From Pseudomonadota bacterium (lineage in GTDB: Bacteria > Myxococcota_A > Bradymonadia > UBA4248), in the NCBI GenBank assembly GCA_017464085.1, contig JAFUEE010000104.1:16226-80225 (forward strand): a DNA stretch of 64,000 nt, in the 5' to 3' direction. This document shows, one piece after another, positions 19,501 to 28,156 of the stretch. Under the pieces are notes generated by a model that saw nothing but the letters and a program-made list of their open reading frames with translations, was not told the origin of the DNA and ran no database searches. The number at the start of each line of letters is the position of its first letter. The stretch's first letter is position 1. Made by a program: the position numbers and the translations under genes.

Positions 19501-22500
19501 TAGGCGGCATATCCTTGACGACAATCTGAATCGTCTCAGGGATCATATTGCCCTCATCGTTGTGGATATTCGGGTACATGACGCTGAGATTGTACGTCGT
19601 CTGCTTCGATCCGGATTTGAAAATGATCGTGGCGATGCCGTTTCTGTCGGTCGGTGATGTCTCGGCATTGAGGGAAGCATCCGCGCCGTCATTGCCTTTG
19701 AGTTTCCAGATGAGCTTGTCGCGGACAGGCGTAATTTCATTGCCATTCTTCCAGACGATCTTGGCTTGGTAATTGATCGTTTCGCCAAGTCCCACGTTTT
19801 CCTGAGGGGAGAGGAAGATAAGGCTCAGGCAGCCCTGTTTGCCTTGCGGACCGGAGGTGTTGAACGCTTCTTTGCAGCATGCCTCCGCAGAATTCTCATC
19901 ACAGTTCTTGAATGTGTTGTCGGAGCATGTGGCGCTGCAAGCGCTTCCCTGATGATATTTGGGGTTGGTGCTGTAACCGTTTACAGTATCGAGGTACTCT
20001 CCGGCGCAGCTCTTGTAGGTTTTGTCGTTCGCATTGCAGGTTTCTGCTTTGCTGCTCGTGGTGCAGGGCTCGACGCATTTTTCCCCATCGAGCTTGGTGC
20101 AGCAGAAATCGCCGTTTTCATTTGTCGTATCGCCATCTGGCAGGTCGACATCGTTGGGGTTGACGCCCGGTATTGTGCCGGTATTGTTCGTGATGGTGAT
20201 CGTGAAGATGAACGGAATGGGTTTCTTTGTCTCTTCATCGATATAATTGGGATGGAAGACACTGACATAATAGAGCGAATTATATCCGGTGCCCGTATAG
20301 AAATAATTGCTTGCAACGCCCTTGGAGTTTGTCACGATCATCGTGTCGTTGAGCGTGGCATTGTTGTTGACGGACTTGCCGCGTGAAATTTTCCAATAAG
20401 TTTTGGTGTCGGCAACGAGCGTCTTGTACTGGTTGTCTTTGATGACTTTGACCTTGAGGTCAAGCGTCTTGACGACCGGTGCGCTGAGGATTTGCTCGAA
20501 CGCGCTGACGTCGTCGGGGAGGACGAGCTTGACATTGCCGAGGTTCGGATCGTAATTCGGCATGCCTCCGGGCGGGATGAGCGCGTCATCTTTATTGGCC
20601 TTGTCGCCTTCGGCAGTAGGCACGCTGAAAGAATTGTTCACAGCGATGACGATCGTGGCTGCTTTTGCATCCTTGTTGACCAGCGTGATCATGTAGGTCG
20701 CATCATAAGCGGTGCCCGCCCAGAACGTGAACTTGGTGTCTTTATTGGCATCGCTGCTCGTGCTGAAGGTGATCTCCGTGTCGGTGTTGCCTTCGGCATC
20801 AAAGGCGCCGTTATTGGAGGGCAGGGAGCCTTTCGTCAGCTTGGCTGTGACATCGAGCGCCTTGAGCTTGCTCGTATCGTTTTTTGAAACGGCGCGCACA
20901 AAAATATCCTGTGTCGTGCTGATGCCGATCGAGAGCTTCTTGCAGGAGCCGTATTCATCCTTTTTGTCATATTTGCATCTGAAGATATAGTCACTGCCGC
21001 AAACTTCATAAAGGCAGGGATCCGGGGCGACATCGGAAGTGCCGTCGCCATCCACGTCAAAGCCGCCGTTATAGAATTCGCTCGAGCAGGAACATTCTCC
21101 GTCCTTCATGGCATCGCATTCGGCTTCCGACACTTTGTTGCCATTCTTGTCCTTGCATGTGACGACTTCGTTGATGACGACATGGATATCATCCGCAATG
21201 CCGTCGCCGTCCACATCCGCCTGAACTTTCTTGCCGTCGCAGGTTTTCAGATCCCACGTGCCGTTGTCGTTTTTCTCAAGCTTGCAGTGGAAGGCGGCAT
21301 TGGGGTCGCAGTCTTTGCCGCTCTGATTTTTGGCAGCATCAGACGTAAAGTCACCGCAGGCTTCGATGATCGATTTGACTGGTTCCGAGTCTTTGTCGAT
21401 CGGTTCGGGGAACATGCTGGCGAGAATCTGCGCGGCATTGCCGCCGTTGATCGTCTCTTTGCCTGTCTCCGAATCAGTCACGACGACATCGGGATCGGTG
21501 AGATCGACTGGGATCTTGATATCATCATTGATGATCACGGCCGGATCGCCCGGCTCTCCGAGCGTGTCGGGAAGCGCGAAGGTGTCGATCTGGTAGGTCA
21601 GGGGGTTGGCGACCTTATGGAAGAAATTGAGGAAATAACGGGCATTGTAAGCCATGCTCGTGTTGATTTCAACCCAGAATTCGCCATTTGCATTGGGATG
21701 GCCGCATGCCACGGCCTTGCCGGTCGCGCTGTCGCCATCCGCTTTATAAGGCTTCTGTCCGGAGGCGTTCTTTTCGCTGACTTCATCGTTGTCAAAGTAG
21801 GATGTGACAAAGCCTGTGTTCGTCGTTGTCGTTTCGACAAAGCTGAAACAGATGGTTTCCTTGGTAAGGTCGCAGGCTGTTTTGGCGTCGTCACCCGTTT
21901 CAGCGCCTGATGCGGCGCATTTGCCATCCAGGCGCACGCCGAGTTTTTTGCTGAAATCGGCATAGAGCTGCTGGTCAAGGCTGTCGAGGTTGACCAGGGC
22001 GGCTTCCGTCATCTTTGTCTCTGCATCGTTAATCTCGCTTGGCACGGTCAGGTCATTTTCGACATCTTTTGTGCCGAGCGTGCAGTCGCTCATTTTGGGA
22101 ATCGTCCGGACATTGATCTCTGCAGAAGCTGGATCGCTGGCATCCGCTGCCCAGAAGTTCAGATAATACATCGGGTTCTTTGAGCTGTACATCGAACCTG
22201 TCTGTACGCGTACAGTGAACGAGCCCTTCTGAACGCCTTTGGGCTTGGAAATGACGGCCATCGAGTCTGTCGGCGGAAACTCCTCTGCATCATAGAGGTC
22301 GCCGGAATCGACGATCAGGCTGCCGTTTGCGCCAGGGGCGCGCTCAAGCGTGATGACGAAGCGAGGCTCTTTCGAGGCGCCCGTCAGCATGCCGTCAAAA
22401 CTGACCTTGAACTCGACCATCTCGTTGATGTGGGCCGTTTCGGACTCGGGAGCGACGGAAAGCTCAAGTTCTTCAAAAACTCCGGAAGGGCCAAGCTCGG

Positions 22501-22711
22501 CCTTGCCCGGCTTGGATTTGGGATTGCTCGACAAGCCATCGCTTTCTACACCGAAAACAAAGGCGTCATTAGTGTCTTTTGGCGCATAACTCGCCCCGTT
22601 GGCGTCGATCGATTCGCCGCGTCTGGAATGTATCTCCTCTGAGTTCGCACATCCAAACAGGGTTGCAAACCATAGGAATAACAATCCTTTGGTGAGTGTT
22701 GATCTTTTCAT
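16589..22711 (-). CDS. Giant cell-surface lipoprotein (~2040 aa) with Cys-rich regions, thrombospondin-type-3-like Ca-binding motifs and a KPEEQ-repeat C-terminal tail
   Basis: AGGAGA RBS 6 nt before ATG 22711. Signal and lipobox are LFGCANS. DVDGDGIADD and DVDGDGTSDV are Ca-binding loops. A 15-bp repeat lies at the 3' end. Confidence 0.85.
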   Translation of the reverse strand: MKRSTLTKGLLFLWFATLFGCANSEEIHSRRGESIDANGASYAPKDTNDAFVFGVESDGLSSNPKSKPGKAELGPSGVFEELELSVAPESETAHINEMVEFKVSFDGMLTGASKEPRFVITLERAPGANGSLIVDSGDLYDAEEFPPTDSMAVISKPKGVQKGSFTVRVQTGSMYSSKNPMYYLNFWAADASDPASAEINVRTIPKMSDCTLGTKDVENDLTVPSEINDAETKMTEAALVNLDSLDQQLYADFSKKLGVRLDGKCAASGAETGDDAKTACDLTKETICFSFVETTTTNTGFVTSYFDNDEVSEKNASGQKPYKADGDSATGKAVACGHPNANGEFWVEINTSMAYNARYFLNFFHKVANPLTYQIDTFALPDTLGEPGDPAVIINDDIKIPVDLTDPDVVVTDSETGKETINGGNAAQILASMFPEPIDKDSEPVKSIIEACGDFTSDAAKNQSGKDCDPNAAFHCKLEKNDNGTWDLKTCDGKKVQADVDGDGIADDIHVVINEVVTCKDKNGNKVSEAECDAMKDGECSCSSEFYNGGFDVDGDGTSDVAPDPCLYEVCGSDYIFRCKYDKKDEYGSCKKLSIGISTTQDIFVRAVSKNDTSKLKALDVTAKLTKGSLPSNNGAFDAEGNTDTEITFSTSSDANKDTKFTFWAGTAYDATYMITLVNKDAKAATIVIAVNNSFSVPTAEGDKANKDDALIPPGGMPNYDPNLGNVKLVLPDDVSAFEQILSAPVVKTLDLKVKVIKDNQYKTLVADTKTYWKISRGKSVNNNATLNDTMIVTNSKGVASNYFYTGTGYNSLYYVSVFHPNYIDEETKKPIPFIFTITITNNTGTIPGVNPNDVDLPDGDTTNENGDFCCTKLDGEKCVEPCTTSSKAETCNANDKTYKSCAGEYLDTVNGYSTNPKYHQGSACSATCSDNTFKNCDENSAEACCKEAFNTSGPQGKQGCLSLIFLSPQENVGLGETINYQAKIVWKNGNEITPVRDKLIWKLKGNDGADASLNAETSPTDRNGIATIIFKSGSKQTTYNLSVMYPNIHNDEGNMIPETIQIVVKDMPPTPSVTEINHIKLEADGTNVQKLAYNGVSYYILSSDDHSCSENFLVANESSRKTNCLKAEPQDSLHICDLEKVTEAGDNKYYPKELILDNHKDKYIVFAVGDSGSSPLVFGCSAMNRFGSPTTPNTCDDSERLTTCKNSQKDKDGKCKCAPVRRMDVKVLLSEIPLSFAESYKTESLFDLGPLMKDGSKVKESIDKIMTKYEEFLDADPAKKVMEELDTYVFFDGDNTNTTKCVENSQKKNKCMPSDGSNVSKLESICEINSGQKYKDCFDDKGKEDKDCLKKLYTKCDCTCAKFYYYTHINSIGKKIAPLARKGIKSLLDKYLSADAIAEQLCKVFDSVQYLTLTGDLTLEKDGNSGKFKGSAKYNGALIPFTGDKKLELPGNIVEGKWTEAKLTNGIDQLAITKFSLNLTYGEFIYQVIGKFIGAIDDSGNLSFANILDCSKLGNISLPLLGSVDLSTFCELSLNWLSGQTVSFAVSKYASLNLTLDGTGEFQRGKLCVAPAAGIGCVAQQIVKGSWTGTGSLGETKADGKKPEDTIGGAWIAYKDENDKPTMELSGGKSLDEFKAKNSVCRKVLKEAKEGAQIKDHTNQACLGGSFSDPSSWAKNNRCDKTGCQGAGVVVCTEEGKFNTEYAGATATQIILSANNECKKNCEAFTTCGDPTCDLNSEIINNGYGVTNEECLTHCKDKACQDNDTIVVCSGGSAVESWDVNICEKPVDQSAPLSDEDSAKCFEAQVKTACKGKCDSPVCLMNKELKGCTDETDKPAPTPTSLPELLASWSTFDQYWNKDTKKSSPIDKADIKPDTDSKNAAAAKFVFSCESAKLKIVAGEDGVVGALGTDLAVGGKDKCHFSLTTKTDAFEITKIELSVFGDGRTIVINDKKNATKEGEWLKLTLDPVAENNIWPIIVNDKGIEDTNATDEGYKMMRLDNIKVYGIDKAQNNDDKKDDQKPEEQKPEEQKPEEQKPGGE
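16592..16650 (-). repeat. 15-bp in-frame tandem repeat x4 (KPEEQ) at the 3' end of the giant lipoprotein gene
   Basis: caggcttctgctcct is repeated 4 times. Confidence 0.8.
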
Positions 22712-22850
22712 ATAGCCTCTCCTTGCACTCGTGTTAAAAAAGGCAAAAAACAAGTCAGATTCTACGATTTTTGCGCTTTTCTGGCAAGTGAGTTACTATA
22801 TTTTGTTTACATGTATTTCAAGCCTGAGAGAATTTTGGCTTTTTTGTGGA

Positions 22851-22911
22851 GGGGGAAGACTCCCCCTGCGCGGCTATTCCTTGCCGGGGCAAGGAATACG
22901 CCGCTACCCCC
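22851..22911 (+). repeat. REP-like element subfamily A copy A4 (variant inner hairpin tattccttgccggggcaaggaata)
   Basis: It shares the gggggaagactccccctgcgcggc...tacgccgctaccccc frame with A1 and A5. The inner stem-loop is replaced by a longer perfect palindrome. Confidence 0.8.
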
Positions 22912-22936
22912 ACTCGAATCGGATGCGCGTCGTCGG

Positions 22937-24136
22937 CTAATATGAGACTGGATCCTCGATGCGATACAGTCGCTTCATGACCTCATTAAAATAGTCCGGA
23001 AGATAATGCGCCCACACCTTGATCGCACATTCGTCGAGATGTGCGCTTGGAAATGATGCAAACGCAAAGATATACTGTACGAGGTACTCGATGTTGCGTG
23101 CCAGATGACCTGTGTATTCCTCCTTGGAGCGCTGGTTCGTGATGCGCGTCTCATGCATGGAATCACCGATTTCCGATTCCAGCAGGTCTCCGAATGACGA
23201 GTATATGATTTCCAGATAGACATCCTGTTCGCCTGTATAGACGAAGTTTTCAAATTCTTTCTGAATGTCGCCGTACCAGAGCCCGCGAGCGCGCATGGCC
23301 TTGACAAGTTTTGGATCGATGGGGTCCCGGACGAGGAGCTCTTTGTTGGGGCGCGCCCGTATGACCAGATTGGTGGCGTTGTAGTTTTTTTTGTGATGCG
23401 GCTCGATTTCGAAAATATCGGACCGCGTCCTGCTTTCGATGAAATCGTAGAGCTTGTTTTCCTGACCGGGTTCGATGATGACTTTGAGCCCGACGACATC
23501 GTTGATCGGCGGGGCAGTGATTCTGGGGAAATTCACGCCGTCCCTGAGGTCATCGACGATGCGCTGCTCTGCGCGTTCAAATTCGTGGATCATTTCCGTC
23601 TCGCTCGTCAGCAGCTGAGACCTCTGGATGCCGAATTGCTTCGCGCGCATGTCGGCATAATCTTCCGCGCGTTTCTTGATGGCGTTGAAAATCATGTCCA
23701 CGATGCGACGTGATGCTTTTTCAGCGAGACGGCGGGCGCGTTTGACGCGTTGTGAGCCGATGAGCCTGTGCTGAGCGCCTTCGCCGGCAAAATACAGTTT
23801 CGCGTGGATCGGGGTCTCAATATAGTAGAGCTCTCGATTTTTGAGATAATTCTGCACGAGCTCGTCGATGTGCTCGTTATGGTAATGCGGATAGCTCACG
23901 AGCGCATCTTTGAGCTCCGCCTTGGTCTTGATCGAGACCTCGGTCGTCGTCTGCCCTGCAAGTTCTGTGAACAGCTGACGCGACCACAAGCTCAGATAGC
24001 GGCTCGCGTAGATGTTGTTGAAATGGATGAGCTTCGTCACATGCTCGGGATCATCCGGGTTGACACGGTTATGAAGCCATCGCCAGAAAAGATCCTCGAG
24101 TTCATTCCGATGGATATAGCCGCCAATCGTTATCAT
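22937..24136 (-). CDS. Hypothetical cytoplasmic protein; weak resemblance to the RelA/SpoT (alarmone synthetase) nucleotidyltransferase motifs
   Basis: AAGGAAG RBS 6 nt before ATG 24136. There is no signal peptide. The segments SQRVKRARRLAEK and DVVGLKVII resemble the R-x-K-x3-S-x3-K and D-x2-G-x-R-x2 motifs of the RSH synthetase domain, but the spacing is atypical. Confidence 0.55.
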   Translation of the reverse strand: MITIGGYIHRNELEDLFWRWLHNRVNPDDPEHVTKLIHFNNIYASRYLSLWSRQLFTELAGQTTTEVSIKTKAELKDALVSYPHYHNEHIDELVQNYLKNRELYYIETPIHAKLYFAGEGAQHRLIGSQRVKRARRLAEKASRRIVDMIFNAIKKRAEDYADMRAKQFGIQRSQLLTSETEMIHEFERAEQRIVDDLRDGVNFPRITAPPINDVVGLKVIIEPGQENKLYDFIESRTRSDIFEIEPHHKKNYNATNLVIRARPNKELLVRDPIDPKLVKAMRARGLWYGDIQKEFENFVYTGEQDVYLEIIYSSFGDLLESEIGDSMHETRITNQRSKEEYTGHLARNIEYLVQYIFAFASFPSAHLDECAIKVWAHYLPDYFNEVMKRLYRIEDPVSY

Positions 24137-24426
24137 ATTGCACTTCCTTGATGAGCGAGTCACGCCAGGCTTCTGCTGACTTGAAACACTCTATAATAAA
24201 TTGGGGCGTTTGACCAGTAAACTGACGCGCATACCATGTGTAAGGTATCTGAATTGTCTCGCTCTGAATGATAATACAGGGGAGATATTTCAGGATAACT
24301 TGAAAATGACTTGATTTGTTCGAGTGATTTGTTAATTGATGCAAAGATATTTGGGTTAATTCTTTCGGTCTGCTTTGGCGGATCTGTCCTGTTCTGCGAG
24401 TGCAGAGTTTTTTATATGGAGGAGAA

Positions 24427-27400
24427 ATGAGACATTCCAGACAATTCAGCGTGCTTGCGCTGTGTGCCATGGCCGCTCTCGGATTTGGCGTGACATCATG
24501 CGATGATGAGGCCGCGTCCGTGACCAGGAGCAAGCTCAATGAGACGTGTAGCCAGGACAAGCCCTGCGAAGAAGGGCTCGTTTGCGGTGACGAAGGCAAA
24601 TGTGTCGAAGAGGCTGGCCAGGAACCCGAGGATAAGGCCGGGCTCGGGGAGGATTGTGGCGAGGAAAAAGCCTGCGAAGAAGGGCTCGTTTGCGGCGATG
24701 AGGGCAAGTGCGTCAACAAAAATGACCAGCCTGCCGAGCCGGATCCCGGCAATATCAATACTGATCCCTGCAAGACAGCCAATTGCCCGGATGGCACGGC
24801 TTGTCTGGATGGCCGGTGCTATGACGAGGCATGCATCACCAATGGCAGTCTCAAGACTTGCGATGGCGGACAGATGTGCGTCAAAGGGGAATGTGTCGAT
24901 GATGGCTGCCAGGACAAGACATGCGATGAAGGTGAAATCTGCTCCAAGGGTATCTGCGAGGATGCGCTGTGCTTGCAAGGTGCGATTATCTGCAATGAAG
25001 GTTCGACTTGTGTCAAAGGCAATTGCATTGACAATGCCTGCCTGAGCAAAACTTGTGATACCGGGCTCACCTGCGTCAAAGGGGATTGTGTCTTTCCGGC
25101 TTGTGTCGGAAAAGAGGCATGCACGGGCGGCAAGGTCTGCAATGCATCCGGGGAGTGCGTGTATGAAGTCTCCCCTGAGCTTTTGGTACAGGCGGATGAC
25201 AAAGAAACGGACGAATATGGCGATACTGCATCAGTCAGCCTTTCGCTCAATCACCCGCCTGTTGCAGATGTGACGCTCGAATGCGAGATCGCCTCTGAAA
25301 GCCCGGTTCCAGAGGCTGAGGTCAACTGCAGCGGCATCCTGTTTAATGCTGCCAACTATAGCGAGCCCCAGGGCGTTACGGTTATCGGGCTTGCAGACAA
25401 CAAGATTGATTCTGATCAGAAATTTAAGCTCACGATGACCACGCGGTCTGAAGATCCAGACTTTAACGGGCTTGTCCAGAGCCTTGATATGGTCAACAAA
25501 AACGTCGACACAGTCGGTGTAAAGCTCAGCGATACCAATCTTCTGACGACTGAAAATGGCGGTACGGCTGTGTTCAGCGTCTCTCTGATCACCAAGCCGG
25601 CTGCGGATGTGACAATCACCATCGCGTCGAGCAATCCTCAATATGGGATAATCGATGGCGCGGAAGAGAATGTCCTCACGGTGACATTTACCCCGGAAGA
25701 CTGGGAAACTCCGAAAGAGATCACGATCAAAGGCGTCGATGACGATGCGCCTAACGGCGATGAAGGTCATAACTATCAGATCACGTTTACCGTCGCTTCT
25801 GAAGATGTCGATTACAACGGGATCGAGGTCAAGCCGATTTCAGTGGTCAACCTCGACAACGATGTCCACGATGTCTTTTTTGACAAGAATGCGATTGAGA
25901 CGCTTGAAGGCGGTGCCCCTGTCAGCGTCACGGCGCGCTTGGGGCTGGAGCCTGTGGGACAGGTCAAGATCGGCCTCAAAGTCATGAACGGCGAAAACGA
26001 AGCCGAGATTGCAGGCGAAAAAGAAATCGTTATCGACAAGTCCAATTACAAGGAAGGCGTTGCGTTTTCAGTTCAAGGTCTCGTGGACAACAAGATTGAC
26101 GGCGATAAGGATTATCAGGTCAGGGTTCGCATCAATTCAAACGATGACGATGCATACGAGGGCTTGGATGACAAGTTCATACCGGGCAAGAATATCGACA
26201 CGGACAAGGCGGATCTGCGGCTGAGCTATACGAGCACGCTTGTCACTGAGGCCGGTTCGACGATTGATATCGGAGTGTCTCTGATGTCTATCCCGACGGC
26301 CCCTGTGACTGTCCGCGTGAAGTCGACCAATGACGATGAGATGCGGGTCTCTCCGTCTGAATTTGAGTTCACGGCTGAGAATTGGAATGTGCCGCAGACG
26401 GTGACCGTGACCGGCCAGGACGATGTCATTGATGACGGCGATCAGATTTCTCAGGCGGTCTTCAGCATCTTTACGGATGATAAGGATTATGCTGCGCTCG
26501 AAGATATCAACCTCGATATCACGACGCAGGATAACGATACGGCCGAGATTGTTGTGGTTTCAGCAGGTCGCGACATTCGCGAAGATTCGCGGGAGACTGT
26601 CGAATTCAAAGTCGTCCTCGGCGCACAGCCTCAGGATGGAAAGGTCATTGTCCGTGCGACTTCGAGCGATGAGTCGGAACTCAAGCTTCTCGGCAATGAT
26701 ACAGTTTCATTCGACAAAGATAACTGGAATACGCCTCAGTCCTTTGTGCTCCAGGTGCAGGATGATAACTATGCCGATGGCACGCAGGTCGTTCATGTCG
26801 ATCTCGAGAGCGCATCTTCCGATACGCTTTTCAACGGCCTTCATGCGCAGACTGAAAATTATAACATTCTTGACAACGAATCCGCGAGCGTCACGCTGAC
26901 GGCAGCCAAAACGCTGTTCAAGCCGGGCGATCAGTACACCACACCCGTGACAGTCGCGCTGAGCGCGCCGCCTATGGAAGATGTCACGGTTACAATCAAT
27001 ACGACGAATGCGACGACGGCCTCTCTCGACAAGACATCGCTCGTCTTTACGACATCGAACTGGAATACGCCGCAGACGATCAATATGACAAACAAAGACC
27101 CGCAGGCGGCTTCAGCCGCGAAGACGATCGAGACGCTCTCGGCGGTCACAACCGGCAAAGGGTCATATAACAATCTGAAGAGCAATGAAGTCAAGCTGAC
27201 GATGTATGCCTTCATCAGCAAGGAATTTTCGTACACGGGGAATGTCCAGCAGATCGACCTCCTGCCCGGCAACTATCGCCTCCAGGTCTGGGGCGCACGC
27301 GGTGGCAATGATACCTATGCTGGTGCGAATGGCGGTTATGCCGTTGGCGTGTATAAGAAAAACGACAAGAAGCCGCTCTATGTGTATGTAGGCGGTCAGG

Positions 27401-27924
27401 GTTCTGCGTGTGCGACGAATGCAGGCGGCGGCTGGAATGGCGGCGGCAATGCAGGCGCGATCGGGTGTTCTGGAGGTGGCGGTGGCGCGACGGATATCCG
27501 TACTGTCGGCGGCGCTTGGAATCTGGCGGCATCGCTTGATTCGAGAATCATTGTCGCCGGCGGCGGCGGCGGTGGCGGCAATACGACTTCGACATGTGTC
27601 GGCGGTGTCGGTGGCGGCACGAATGGTGGCGGCAGCGGCGTTGAAAAGCAGCAGGGCAAAGGCGGCACGCAGACGGCTGGCTATGCCAAAGGCCAAGGCG
27701 GGCATCCCGCTCAGGATGGCGGCGGCGGCGGCGGCGGCTACTGGGGCGGCTACGGCAGTGCGGGCTATGACGACGGCGGTGGCGGTGGTTCCGGCTATGT
27801 GTCGCCGATCCTCACGAGCGCATCGACGACTGCGGGCAATGCTGCGTTCCCGAACACGGCAGGTTCTGGCAATGAAACCGGCCACGCGACCAGCGGCTAT
27901 GCCAAAATCACGCTGATCGACTGA
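24427..27924 (+). CDS. Secreted lipoprotein: Cys-rich EGF-like N-terminal modules, about 7 Calx-beta-like ~105-aa repeats, and a C-terminal glycine-rich (ALK/LTK-type Gly_rich-like) domain
   Basis: Signal and lipobox are GFGVTSC. The motif CEEGLVCGDEGKCV repeats. Each repeated domain ends with a V-x-G-x-DD...DGD...Y-x-G signature. The C-terminus has GGGGGGN and GGGGGGGY runs between conserved blocks (YRLQVWGARGG...YVYVGGQG). Confidence 0.8.
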   Translation: MRHSRQFSVLALCAMAALGFGVTSCDDEAASVTRSKLNETCSQDKPCEEGLVCGDEGKCVEEAGQEPEDKAGLGEDCGEEKACEEGLVCGDEGKCVNKNDQPAEPDPGNINTDPCKTANCPDGTACLDGRCYDEACITNGSLKTCDGGQMCVKGECVDDGCQDKTCDEGEICSKGICEDALCLQGAIICNEGSTCVKGNCIDNACLSKTCDTGLTCVKGDCVFPACVGKEACTGGKVCNASGECVYEVSPELLVQADDKETDEYGDTASVSLSLNHPPVADVTLECEIASESPVPEAEVNCSGILFNAANYSEPQGVTVIGLADNKIDSDQKFKLTMTTRSEDPDFNGLVQSLDMVNKNVDTVGVKLSDTNLLTTENGGTAVFSVSLITKPAADVTITIASSNPQYGIIDGAEENVLTVTFTPEDWETPKEITIKGVDDDAPNGDEGHNYQITFTVASEDVDYNGIEVKPISVVNLDNDVHDVFFDKNAIETLEGGAPVSVTARLGLEPVGQVKIGLKVMNGENEAEIAGEKEIVIDKSNYKEGVAFSVQGLVDNKIDGDKDYQVRVRINSNDDDAYEGLDDKFIPGKNIDTDKADLRLSYTSTLVTEAGSTIDIGVSLMSIPTAPVTVRVKSTNDDEMRVSPSEFEFTAENWNVPQTVTVTGQDDVIDDGDQISQAVFSIFTDDKDYAALEDINLDITTQDNDTAEIVVVSAGRDIREDSRETVEFKVVLGAQPQDGKVIVRATSSDESELKLLGNDTVSFDKDNWNTPQSFVLQVQDDNYADGTQVVHVDLESASSDTLFNGLHAQTENYNILDNESASVTLTAAKTLFKPGDQYTTPVTVALSAPPMEDVTVTINTTNATTASLDKTSLVFTTSNWNTPQTINMTNKDPQAASAAKTIETLSAVTTGKGSYNNLKSNEVKLTMYAFISKEFSYTGNVQQIDLLPGNYRLQVWGARGGNDTYAGANGGYAVGVYKKNDKKPLYVYVGGQGSACATNAGGGWNGGGNAGAIGCSGGGGGATDIRTVGGAWNLAASLDSRIIVAGGGGGGGNTTSTCVGGVGGGTNGGGSGVEKQQGKGGTQTAGYAKGQGGHPAQDGGGGGGGYWGGYGSAGYDDGGGGGSGYVSPILTSASTTAGNAAFPNTAGSGNETGHATSGYAKITLID

Positions 27925-27939
27925 TAGGTTTGTATTTCC

Positions 27940-27960
27940 GGCGCGCGCAGCGCGCCTTTC
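27940..27960 (+). terminator. Putative intrinsic terminator GGCGCGC gca GCGCGCC TTTC
   Basis: 7-bp GC stem with a short T-rich tail, 16 nt after the stop at 27924. Confidence 0.45.
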
Positions 27961-28156
27961 TGGCCGCTATCCCTCAGGGATATGCGGCTTTTTGCATTTT
28001 GCTGAATCTGTCATATCGGTCATGGTGTGGACAATGCGTATCAGATGTGGCAAAAGGGCCGGGGCGTATGGAGTGAAACGAAATAGCCACGGCGCGCGGG
28101 CGCATGACCGCGTGCGGTCAAAGCCGGCGCATAAAATTTAAAAAAATGAGATAGAG

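Noticed and set aside
27163-27885. 240-aa Ala/Arg-rich and 90-aa Pro-rich minus-strand ORFs over the glycine-rich domain
   Set aside because: They are reverse-complement artefacts of GGN codon runs (GCC and CCN on the opposite strand). The + frame encodes conserved Gly_rich-type blocks.
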